DNA from: Emiliania huxleyi CCMP1516
Lineage: Eukaryota
DNA length: 64,000 bases
Assembly: GCF_000372725.1 (NCBI RefSeq)
Contig: NW_005202428.1
Span: 791,331 to 855,330, forward strand
Direction: 5' to 3'
This document shows, piece after piece, positions 12,942-22,988 of the stretch (the first letter of the stretch is position 1; each line of letters opens with the position of its first letter). Both the position numbers and the translations under genes were made by a program. The notes beneath the pieces were generated by a model. The model was not told where the DNA came from and searched no databases. It was given only the letters and a program-made list of their open reading frames with translations.

Positions 12942-14074
12942 TCTTGCCTAGTGTCGTGTGAGGGAGTTTGGTTGCAAAATTCTTTTTTGAGCTGGCCTTC
13001 GGCCCTTCACAGCAGACATGTCATGACCTCACTGTTACTTGCTCGGCTGGGCGGACGCTGCTGAGAAGCGGCGCTGAAAAGAAATATCCGGAGGTGCCAA
13101 GTGGGCAAGTGCCTTCTCCTGGATCTGGATGCGAGAAACTGCGAAGAGAGGTAGGAAGAGGCGGACGCCCCGAAGGGTGGGCGACGGCTAGCGCATCACA
13201 TCCCTCTCCTTATAAAATCCCTGTGTGGTGGCGGCGACGTACGGCCTCCCATCCCTACCTTGGGTTGTCTGTTTTCTTTCTTTCTGTGTCGAGCCTGTCT
13301 GCTGTGAGAGAGAGTTCTTTTGTTTAAATTCTTTCTAGTGCATATTCTTTTTCCTTCGCGGCACGCGATGGCGGCAAGGCCTCTCTGCGCGCCCACCCTC
13401 GTCACGCAGAAGACCAACGGGCGTCGGACCGCGGTGAGACCGCGCCGCCCTCCGCGCCCGCCCGCGCCCGCAGCGTGAACACATACGCGCGTCCCTCGCC
13501 GCACGGAAACATACGCGCCAGCCGCGCACACAGCCTCACATGCAGCGCAGACCGCATGCCCGCGCCCTGGGCCGCCGACGACCCGGTCGGGCAGGCTGAG
13601 CGGCCGCCGCACACCAACAGGCAGGCGCGCGACCACCCACAGCACGCCGCAGCCCGCCGCGCAGCCCTGCCAGACAAGCCTGCGCCTCCCAGCTGCACAA
13701 ACAGGCGCAGAACAGAGTACAGCACACAGCACACACCGGCGGCGCGCGCGCGCAGCACACGCAGACGCGCACGCGCATCCAACACGCACACGCGCACAGC
13801 ACGCGCGCGTCACACGCCAGCGCAGAGCCACACACAGAGCACACTTCCCATCAGCAGCAGCAGCCTGCCACAATCCACAGCTCACACACGCGCGCACACA
13901 CTCCCCCCTACCGGCGCACGCATTGGGCGTCGCCGAGAGCTCCCAAAGCTGACTTGTGTGGCTGCTTGTGCTGCCAAGCAGGCAGCACAAGCAGCCACAC
14001 AACCCAAAAGCTCACTTGTATGGCTGCTTGTGCTGCCTGCTTGGCAGCACAAGCAGCCACACAACATCCCGCTT

Positions 14075-14318
14075 CATCTCGCCTCCTAGTCTCGCCTCAT
14101 CTCGCCTCATCTCGCCTCACCTCGCTTCATCTCGCCTCACCTCGCTTCATCTCGCCTCACCTCGCCTCATCTCGCCTCACCTCGCCTCATCTCGCCTCAC
14201 CTCGCCTCATCTCGCCTCACACCTCGCCTCACCTCGCCTCACCTCGCCTCATCTCGCCTCACCTCGCCTCATCTCGCCTCATCTCGCCTCATCTCTCGCC
14301 TCATCTCGCCTCACCTCG
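14075..14318. repeat. Tandem 10-mer (CTCGCCTCAY)n
   Basis: Read directly from the sequence. Confidence 0.95.
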
Positions 14319-14392
14319 CGCGGACATGAGGAGCCTCGCAACAGCCCAAAACAATCAGCAATACCATAACACGAGGCGAGCACGACGTACAT

Positions 14393-14667
14393 GACCCGAG
14401 ACCGACCCGAGATCGACCCGAGATCGACCCGAGATCGACCCGAGATCGACCCGAGATCGACCCGAGATCGACCCGAGATCGACCCGAGATCGACCCGAGA
14501 TCGACCCGAGATCGACCCGAGATCGACCCGAGATCGACCCGAGATCGACCCGAGATCGACCCGAGATCGACCCGAGATCGACACGAGATCGACCCAAGAT
14601 CGACCCGAGATCGACCCGAGATCGACCCGAGATCGACCCGAGATCGACCCGAGATCGACCCGAGATC
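14393..14667. repeat. Tandem 11-mer (GACCCGAGATC)n
   Basis: Read directly from the sequence. Confidence 0.97.
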
Positions 14668-16247
14668 GGCACGAGCGATCAACCCAACAATGCCCCAGAG
14701 CCCCCTCCGGGGGGACCCCCCCTCACCCCGAGTGTCCGTGTCCTTCGCGAGTCACCGATGGGGAGCGGGGGGGGGTGCGAGATGCACAGGGGAGGCTGGG
14801 GAGGGGGGGGTCCACTCTGAAGACTGCCGACCGCGGGGGGGTTTTTGTCCCACAGGGTTTTTACCCTCCGCGTGAGGATCGGCGCGGCGAGGGGGTAGGT
14901 TCGAATTCGCCGCGCAACATTTCACCCCCACAGGACCCCGCCCACCCCCCCTCATGGTCCCACCTAGCACCCCAATGAGCTTTCGCACCCCCTCCTTGCG
15001 CAGTGTCCCCCACTATGTGTCGCCGTTTTCGGGGCACGCTATCCTGTGCAGTCAGGGCAAGTGGGGGCGGGGGGCGGTGGACCTGCTGCGGCCACGGCCG
15101 ATGAGCTCATGCAGCGTGGTGCAGGCCTCAACTCAGATGCCGACCAGCCTGGTCGTGGCGGCCTACGAGCGGCGTTGTGTCCGGTCGACGCTTGAACGAG
15201 AGCGTCGAGCAGCGGGTCACCCGCAGTGTGCCGCTCGAGAGCCTCCTGGGCCGGAATCCGGGCGCGGGACCACGGAACACGCCCAGGAGTCGACTCTCGC
15301 GGATAGCCGGCCACAGTCGGGCCGCCAGGAGCGAGCTGGCGGCGACGCTCAAAAAGGCCTCCATCGCGGGCGGAGGGGAAAAACATTACCGATGGGGTCT
15401 ATGCAGTCACTCGAATTACTTGGACCTCTCCTGCAAGTAGAACGAAACATTCTTGGAGCTTCCCCCTACATGCAGGAACGCATCTCATCCGTGGCGACGC
15501 GCTGAGCCACCGAGCCGTACTCGGCCGCGCCGCCGTGTCGAGGCACGGGTCCCCCGCCAAGCAGCGACGCCGAAGCGTCGACCGATAGAGCGCCACGCCC
15601 AGCAGTATGGGCGTCGACCGCTCTCTCGAGCGGCCGCGTGGCAGTGCGTGGCGCGGGCGCCACGGGCGGCAAGCGTGGAGCCGCTGGAAGAGCCGGTGCG
15701 AGCCGTGGACGGCAGACGCTCCCCACGTCGCCGAGAGAGGCTGCGGGAGAGGGTTCAGGAGGCCACCGGAGGCGCCGGGAGGCTCGGGAGGCGCTAAAAG
15801 GTGGCCCGGGCACCTCGCGCCACCCGTCTGGTGGGGCCAGGTGGGCTCAGGAATTAATCCAGGATTTTAAGGTGATCCACTACACCTGACCGAGAATTGG
15901 ATGCGCTGCAGAGAAGCGGCCCGAAAAAGAATTTGAAAAAAAATCCGGCCGCAAGTGCTCCAAGTGCTCCTGGCCCTGGATGTGAGGCTACCAACTGCAC
16001 TCCAAGTGCTCCAAGTGTGCAACTGCCGCCTGCGCTTCCTCTCCCATGCAAACAGCCCCCGACCCTCTACCATAGACGCCCAATCGGCCGTGCACGGCAT
16101 CCGCGCATCACCCCCGCGCTCTCCGAGAAGACACTGCCCGACGTCTCACACATTCCGCAGAGAATCACAGCGCCATCATGACCAGCAATACACAGAGCAG
16201 CCCCCCTAGAGACAGACCATGAGACAGACCCACGACCGGCCGGCGCG

Positions 16248-18497
16248 TCAGATCGCGCCCGAGAGCAGGTAGTTGGCCGCGTGCTCTTGGTTGCGGCCGC
16301 ACTCGACGAACGCCTGCACGGCGCGGGGCCGCTCAAAGCCCATCGCGACCAGCGCGCCGACCTGCGCCTCCTCCTCCTCACTCAGCGGTGGCGGCCGGGG
16401 CGGGGGAGGCGCAAAGGCGCCGCCGCCCGGCACGGGCCCGCCAAGCATGCCTCCGAGACCACCTGCGATCGGCAGCTGCGACCGGCGTACAGCTGCGACC
16501 ACTGCCGCGTCTCGCGTCGCGTCTCGCAGCTGCCTCCGGCGCTGCTGCTCCTGCGGGCGCGGCACGAAGCGGCGTGAGCACCGCCGCAGCTGTACGCCGC
16601 CTGCCCCCCCCCCCCTTTCCCGCGCCGCCGCCTCGGCGTGGGCCAGCTGCGGGAAGTGTCTAGGAAGCGTCGAGGAAGTGTCTAGGAAGCGTCGTGCGCC
16701 TCGGCGTCGGCCAGCTGCGCCTCGAGCTGCTCGACGAGCTGGCGCACTTCGCGGGCGGGCGGCGTGTCCTGCAGCGCGTCGAAGAGGCGCTCCTTGTGTC
16801 TAGGAAGTGTCTAGGAAGTGTCCTGCAGCGCGTCGAATAGGGGCTCGTTGTGTCTACGACGAGTAGGAAGTGTCTAGGAAGTGTCTAGGAAGTGTCCTGC
16901 AGCGCGTCGAATAGGGGCTCGTTGTGTCTACGACGAGTAGGAAGTGTCTAGGAAGTGTCTAGGAAGTGTCTAGGAAGTGTCCTGCAGCGCGTCGAAGAGG
17001 CGCTCCTTGTGCAGCTTGAGGAAGAAGCTGGTCGAGGCGAGCCTGTGCCGGCGCCGTACCCGCGGCCTGAGTGCGGTGCTGAGTGCCGGAGGGACCACCG
17101 GAGGGGAGGGGCCACGCGCCGGTTCGAGATCAGCCGCGCCACGAGCGTGTTGTGCGCGCCAGACGGGCTCTGGCCCGCCGCCTGCAGCTCGGCGCGCATC
17201 AGCCGGCAGAGCACGGGCTTGGCCTGGTCGACCACGACGTTCTCCTGGGAGAGGAGGAGCATGCACGCCTCCGGAGGGAGCGGCATCTGCGGCGCGGCGG
17301 TTCGGCGCGTCAGCTCGCGCTGTTGGTGCAGCTACGGCCTCAGCTACTCGCGCTGCTGTTGCTGCTGCTGCTGAAGCCGGCCGCTGCACTACTGAAGCCG
17401 GCCGCTGCACTACTCTGCAGAGCTGCTAGCGCGCCGCTCCCTCGCCGCGCCTGCTGCTGCAGCGGGGCCGCCTCGGCAGCCGCATTCTCGGGCAGCAATC
17501 GGTGGCCTGGCGCCATCGATCGGAGCATCGCCTCGTACTGCTCATCGCGCGCCTCCTCGCCCTCCACCTTGCGCAGGATGGCGCGCCTCGAGCGGAGCGC
17601 CTTTGTCACCTGCCCCGGCGGGAGAGGGCGGCGGGGTGAGGTCACGGGCTGCCCCGGCGGGAGAGGGCGGCGGGGTGAGGTCACGGGCTGCCCCGGCGGG
17701 AGAGGGCGGCGGGAGAGGGCGGCGGGGTGATGGGCGCGCAAGTGCGAAGCGGCTGTTTTGGCGCGAACCTCGCTCGAGAAGTCGGTGCGGCAAAGGACGC
17801 ACTTGCGGCCCATCCGGTCCTCGATGTGGCGCCTGCAGGACGGCTCCAAGAAGGCTCAGACAGGGCTCCACGCGCCTCCCGTCCCGGCCCCTCGGCGTGG
17901 CGGGCCGTTGCGCCGTCTCGCCAGCGCCAACCATCAGGACCACGGGCATCCAGCAGGCGAGGTGGACGGTGTGGCCGCACCTGAGCGTGACGGCCTCCGC
18001 CGCCGCATCGCCGCCGAGCTCGCCTGCAAGAGAGGGTTCCGAGAGGGTTCCGAGGAGGGGTTGGCTCTGTGAGCCGCAGTCGCCGCAGAGCGCTCGCCGA
18101 GGCAGACTGGGCAGTCGGGCGCCCGGTCTGGTGGCGTAGGGACCGTGCGCGCCGTCTCGGTCTCCGGCTCGTCAGAGGTGGCCATGGCGGCCTCTTTTTC
18201 CGGCGGGAGAGGGTCGGCGGTGCTCGAGAGGTTGGCGAGCGTGGCCAAAGCGCCATCATCGCTTGTGTCCATCTTGTCAGCCTCCGTGGCCGTCGCAACC
18301 TTCGGAAGCGGTTCGGTGCTATTCAGCAAGGTTGCGAACTCCTCCTTGTGCATGCCGATCAGCTCACCGATCGCGGGCGTCTCCGCGCAGAGGGAGGTGA
18401 GTCCCGACACGAGCGTCCCAGAGTCGCGCCGCGCAGCATCGACCACCGCAACGAGTTGCGGGATTGAGAGGAACTTGGCGCGGATGTCGTCGGGCAT
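16248..18497 (-). CDS. Rad23-like XPC-binding / RING / SAP / UBA multi-domain protein, multi-exon
   Basis: N-terminal FLSIPQLVAVVDAARRD...IGELIGMHKEEFATLLN (XPC-binding/STI1-like). RING ligands CPVC, CGHTVHLAC and KCVLCR. SAP-like MRAELQAAGQSPSGAHNTLVARL. C-terminal UBA LVAMGFERPRAVQAFVECGRNQEHAANYLL. Confidence 0.7.
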
Positions 18498-18754
18498 CAG
18501 TCGGCAGCGCGGCGAGGCACGGGAGACCAGACCCGGGGAGGCCCGGGGAGAGCGGGCGACACAGATGAGGTACGGACGAGCGGTCCGCAAGTCAGGCACC
18601 CGCAACTGCCAGCAATTGACCCACCCGCCCCCCTCCACCCTCTAGGTGTATTGTTGGCAAATCACAGAGCTCACACAGAATCACAGCGGGAGGAAAGCGG
18701 CGAGTCGCAATTCCTGGGGTCCTTGTGGCGGGCCACCCTGTCCAGAGAGGCATG

Positions 18755-20277
18755 GATGCCAATCTGGGGTCTCGCCATGATGCGTGTCGAGCAGCGGCCG
18801 CGGCGGCGGGGCGGCGGGTGGGGCGGCGCGAGCGTCGGGGCGACGGCTGGCGGTGGCGGCGGATCTGCGCTGTCCATCGCGTGCCAGAACGACCACCTCG
18901 AGTGCGCCCGGCTGCTTCTCGAGGCCAGCGCGGCGGTCAACCAAGCCAACCAATGAGAATGGCGCCACGCTGCTTTTCATGGCATGCTACCAGGGGCGCC
19001 TCGAGTGCGCCCGGCTGCTGCGCGACGCTGGCGCTGACATCAACCAAGCGATGAACGGCGGCGCCACGCCGCTGTTCATTGCGTGCCAGAAGGGCCACGT
19101 CGATACCGTCCGGCTGGTTCTCGAGGCCAGCGCAGCGGTCAATCAGGCCAGCAACATCGGCGCCACGCCGCTCTCTATCGCGTGCGAGAAGGGCCACGTC
19201 GACATCGCCCGGCTGCTCCAGCAGGCTGGCGCGGCCGTCAACCAAGCAAACCACCCCGCCTTTCTCTCCCGGCTACTCCTCGAACCCGCCGCTTCGGTCA
19301 GCCAAGCCAGCGCCAGAGGCACCACGCCGCTGTATATTGCGTGCCAGAATGGCCACGTCGAGTGCGCCCTGCTGCTTCTCGAGGCCGACGATTCGGTCAA
19401 CCAAGCCAACAACCTTGGCTCCACGCCGCTGTCCGTGGCGTGCCACCAGGGCCACCTCGAGGTCGCCAAGCTCCTCTCGTCCTACGGCGCCTCCCGCGCC
19501 GCTACGCACTTCGGCACGCCCGAGGAGTTCGCGAACCTTTGCGGCCACGCCGATCTCGCCGCTTGGCTGGTCGCCAGCCGCGGCTGGACGCCGCGCTCCA
19601 GCACCTCGAGGCGTGCCCCGAGACTAGCGGCTGAAGAAGCGTGAGCGCGTTGTCCTCACGCCCATTGCCCCTCTTCCCGCAGGCGCTCACCGTCGACCGG
19701 GCGCGGGCGCTGCTGCGCGGCGGCGCAGACTCTTCAGCCGGCGAGCCGTCGGCCCTCGATAGCGGGCGCGCGTCCTCTGCTCGTGGGGCGAGTCGGTTCC
19801 ATCGTCGCGATCCACTCTCTCGTTTCGCGGCCGTCGATGAACGGCAAGGTCGGCGTCGTCGTCTCCGCGATCGCTTCGACGGCCCGCTTCGGCGTGCGCG
19901 TGGCGGGCGAGGCCAAGGCACTCGCACTGAGGCGCGCACTGCAATGGTCTCTCCCCGACTCGCCGGATCCTCTCTTTGACACACCCAAGCCTCTGCCCTC
20001 CCTCAGGCCGGCCAACCTGCAGCCAGCGGCCGAGGCGGTGGAGGTGGGCAGGCTCGTCCTCAAGGCGGAGGGGTGGTCGCCGCAGTCGCACGAGCTCTTC
20101 CCGGAGGCGGCTCGCAAGTGTGCGGTCGAGGTGATGCGGCTGGGCTACCTGATCGCTTGGGACGAGGAGCGCTTCGACGGCGAGGGGGCGGCGCCGGGGC
20201 TGGTGGACCTCTGGCGCAGCTTTGTGCTGCCAAGGGTGGTGGCGCGGGCCGCCGCCGACGCACCGCGTTCCCCATGA
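18755..20277 (+). CDS. Ankyrin-repeat protein, possibly frameshifted
   Basis: About 6 ankyrin repeats (GATPLFIACQKGHVDTVRLVLEA etc.). The frame changes near 18950. Probable intron ~19612-19683, then a C-terminal segment (WSPQSHELFPEAAR). Confidence 0.8.
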
Positions 20278-20659
20278 TACAACAGCGTGTCTTGGTTCCG
20301 ACTGGAGTCTCGAGTTTGAGAGCTGTTGATACCGTTGTTGTCTATGTGTGCAGTCCAGCTAGGTGCAGCCGTCTACGTCCTTGCATAGTGAGTACTGAAG
20401 ACTAGCTCGCTATGTAGGGTATGTCCGACAGCACGAATTTGTGATGGGACACCATCGGGACCCAACAGTGCGATACTTGTGGCTATCGATCGCACTGTTG
20501 ACGTACCGGCGGCTAAGGCCGAGTAGCCGGTGTTCACAGAATTCTGTGACCTCGCGAGAGAGTTTTTCTAGAAACGTAAAACACTCGGTGTCGAAACACC
20601 TCTCCGCCGCGCTCGACTATAGTCTGGCCCTAAACCCGAAATAACAAAAACGTTAGTTC

Positions 20660-22174
20660 ATGCGCGACTTGCTCGCCTTTGTCTCGCTCCTGACCACAGT
20701 GGCCGCCCAGCCAAGGTCGCCGCGTGACCCATGGTCGCCGCGTGACCCATGGTCGCCGCGTGACCCATGGTCGCCGCGTGACCCATCCCCTGCTGCGCCT
20801 CGGAAGCGTGCCCGGATCAACTCGCACGTGGGCTCCCGAACTCGTGTTCCAGCACCTGGGACCCTGGACGTCTCAACCTTTGGAGCAAAAGCGGACAACA
20901 TCACTGACAACACGGGTCCCTTCCAGGCAGCTCTGGACGCGTGCAGCGACGCTCACGGTGGAGAAGTATTCGCTGGCACCGGTAACTTCCGGTTCAAGGG
21001 TTCCATTTCGATCCCTCCGGGCTGCACCCTCTCAGGAACCTACGTTGTTGTGCCCTCGCACGATCTCCGCAAGCAGAGGCAGATCACAGATGGCACTGTG
21101 CTCATCCCGACAGGTGGACGAGATCTTCGCGGAGGGTGTGATGTCGATTGCACGGCGTCGTTCGTCACCGTAGGGCCCAACGCCATGCTTCGCGGCCTCG
21201 TGATCTACCACGAGGAGCAAGAGAGGGCTGCGGCTCCCGTTCCTTATCCATGGGCGGTCTTCCTCGGGGACCCCTACAAGAAGCACGGAGGCAGCGCCGA
21301 CAACGCTGCTGTCGCCGACATCGAGCTTCTTGGTGCATGGAACGGCGTGGCTGCCGTCGGCTCACACCGCCACTACATTGCGCGGGTCCAAGGGCAGCCG
21401 CTGAACATTGGAGTTTTTGTGGATGAAACCTATGACATCGGTCGCATCGAGGACGTCCACTTCAACCCTTGGTACAGCGACGCTCACCCCTTTGTGTGGC
21501 ATCAGACCACTCATGGCCGAGCGTTCGTGATGGGCCGATCTGACTGGGAGTACGTCTTCAACACCTTCGCATTCGGCTATGCCATCGGCTACCACTTCAT
21601 CGAGCGGGCGACGGGCTCGATGAATGGCAACTTCCTGGGCATCGGCCAGGACCTCGCCACCAACGCCTCGATTCAAGTGGACCAGTCTCAGCCGTTTGGC
21701 ATCCTGATCACCAACGGCGAATTCACCGCTTTCTGTGACGGGAAGGGCTTCAGCCCGCCATCGTGCAAAGATCCAGCCCAGCTGGTGGTCAGCGCCCAGA
21801 ACAATGGAGCGGTCAAGCTGGTCAATTCGGCGTTCTGGGGCCCAACGGCTCAGATTGCGAAAGTCGACGGCAAGGGCACTGTGACCTTCTCTCAATGCCA
21901 CTTTGATTCCTGGGACAACTACATACACAACGGGACGCGAGTTCATAGTGGCACGGCCGCGATTCAGCAGTTTGGCGGCACGCTCATTGTGACCCAGTCA
22001 GAGTTCACGATGGGCGCCAATCAGGACAAGCCCCACGCGCCTGGTCACTTTTGGGTGGGGCCCCGAGCCAAAAAGACGATCATCAGCGAGAATATCATCA
22101 CAGGCACCCTCGCTGTGGTTAATGAAGGCAAGGGGAAGACCATCATCGCGAACAACGCCGATGACAGTCCCTGA
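20660..22174 (+). CDS. Secreted right-handed beta-helix protein (pectate lyase 3 superfamily / GH55-like N-terminus)
   Basis: Signal peptide MRDLLAFVSLLTTVAAQ and LDVSTFGAKADNITDNTGPFQAALDA motif. Intronless 504 aa, with an 18 bp SPRDPW repeat after the signal peptide. Confidence 0.85.
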   Translation: MRDLLAFVSLLTTVAAQPRSPRDPWSPRDPWSPRDPWSPRDPSPAAPRKRARINSHVGSRTRVPAPGTLDVSTFGAKADNITDNTGPFQAALDACSDAHGGEVFAGTGNFRFKGSISIPPGCTLSGTYVVVPSHDLRKQRQITDGTVLIPTGGRDLRGGCDVDCTASFVTVGPNAMLRGLVIYHEEQERAAAPVPYPWAVFLGDPYKKHGGSADNAAVADIELLGAWNGVAAVGSHRHYIARVQGQPLNIGVFVDETYDIGRIEDVHFNPWYSDAHPFVWHQTTHGRAFVMGRSDWEYVFNTFAFGYAIGYHFIERATGSMNGNFLGIGQDLATNASIQVDQSQPFGILITNGEFTAFCDGKGFSPPSCKDPAQLVVSAQNNGAVKLVNSAFWGPTAQIAKVDGKGTVTFSQCHFDSWDNYIHNGTRVHSGTAAIQQFGGTLIVTQSEFTMGANQDKPHAPGHFWVGPRAKKTIISENIITGTLAVVNEGKGKTIIANNADDSP

Positions 22175-22988
22175 GCAAGATCGCCACCTCTCATCGTTCA
22201 TGCGATGCCACCCGCGTCGTCGGTGCAGCTCTACAGTATGACCCGCAATGTATGTTGTATCGCCGTGTACGTTCTCGGGTCGTCCATGTGCGTGTGCAGG
22301 GTGCATGTTGAAACCTGTACGGAGCCGTGTGCGTGTGCCTGAGTACAGGACCATCGTTACTGAGTTGGTTCGTGTGCGGTGTCTCGCTAGCGCATGCCGT
22401 GCGGTGCGCGCTAGCGGAGGTGTACGTACGTACTTTTAGCTTACTGGGAGAAAAGAGTTGAGAAAAGAGACAGGGGGTTGTGTTCTCTAGGCCCCTAAGG
22501 GCCCTACGCGCGGCGTGAGGTGTATGATGAATTGGTTCGGACAAAACAACACATTACACCGCTTGCTTACCGCGCGGGCGCCGCGCCGTGAAAGAGAGCG
22601 TGGCCGTCGGCTCGCAGCTTTGGGATCTCCCCCCACACCAGACATGGGTGGCACCAAGGTGCACCGCATAATGTGTGGGGCTCGTCACCACTCTCGGCCG
22701 GCGCACCTATCCATGGGCATGGCGCCCATATGCCATAATCGTTTGCCATTTCGTTTTCGTCCGGCGCGGACAGGCCGGACGACTCCGCTCGTCTCCGGTT
22801 CGTCGAGACGACCTCTCGACGTCGTCGGCGTCGACATCTCATGACGACATCATCGCACGCGACGATGTACCGTGCAATTAATCTCAAGTATAACCAGTTT
22901 CGTCTGACGGTTCCTTCGAGATGATACAAACAAGGCGAAACCTGTGTGAATTAGTGTATTAGATCGAGGTACGAGGAGCCCCTCTTTG

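Noticed and set aside
14075..14667. Regular short repeats resembling a CRISPR array, and repeat ORFs (SRVDLGSISGR)
   Set aside because: These are head-to-tail 10/11-mers with no unique spacers and no cas genes; the ORFs are satellite translations.
14690..15870. Possible TIR element with an imperfect inverted repeat (14955-14974 / 15832-15849)
   Set aside because: The match is weak, with no TSD and no recognisable coding motif.
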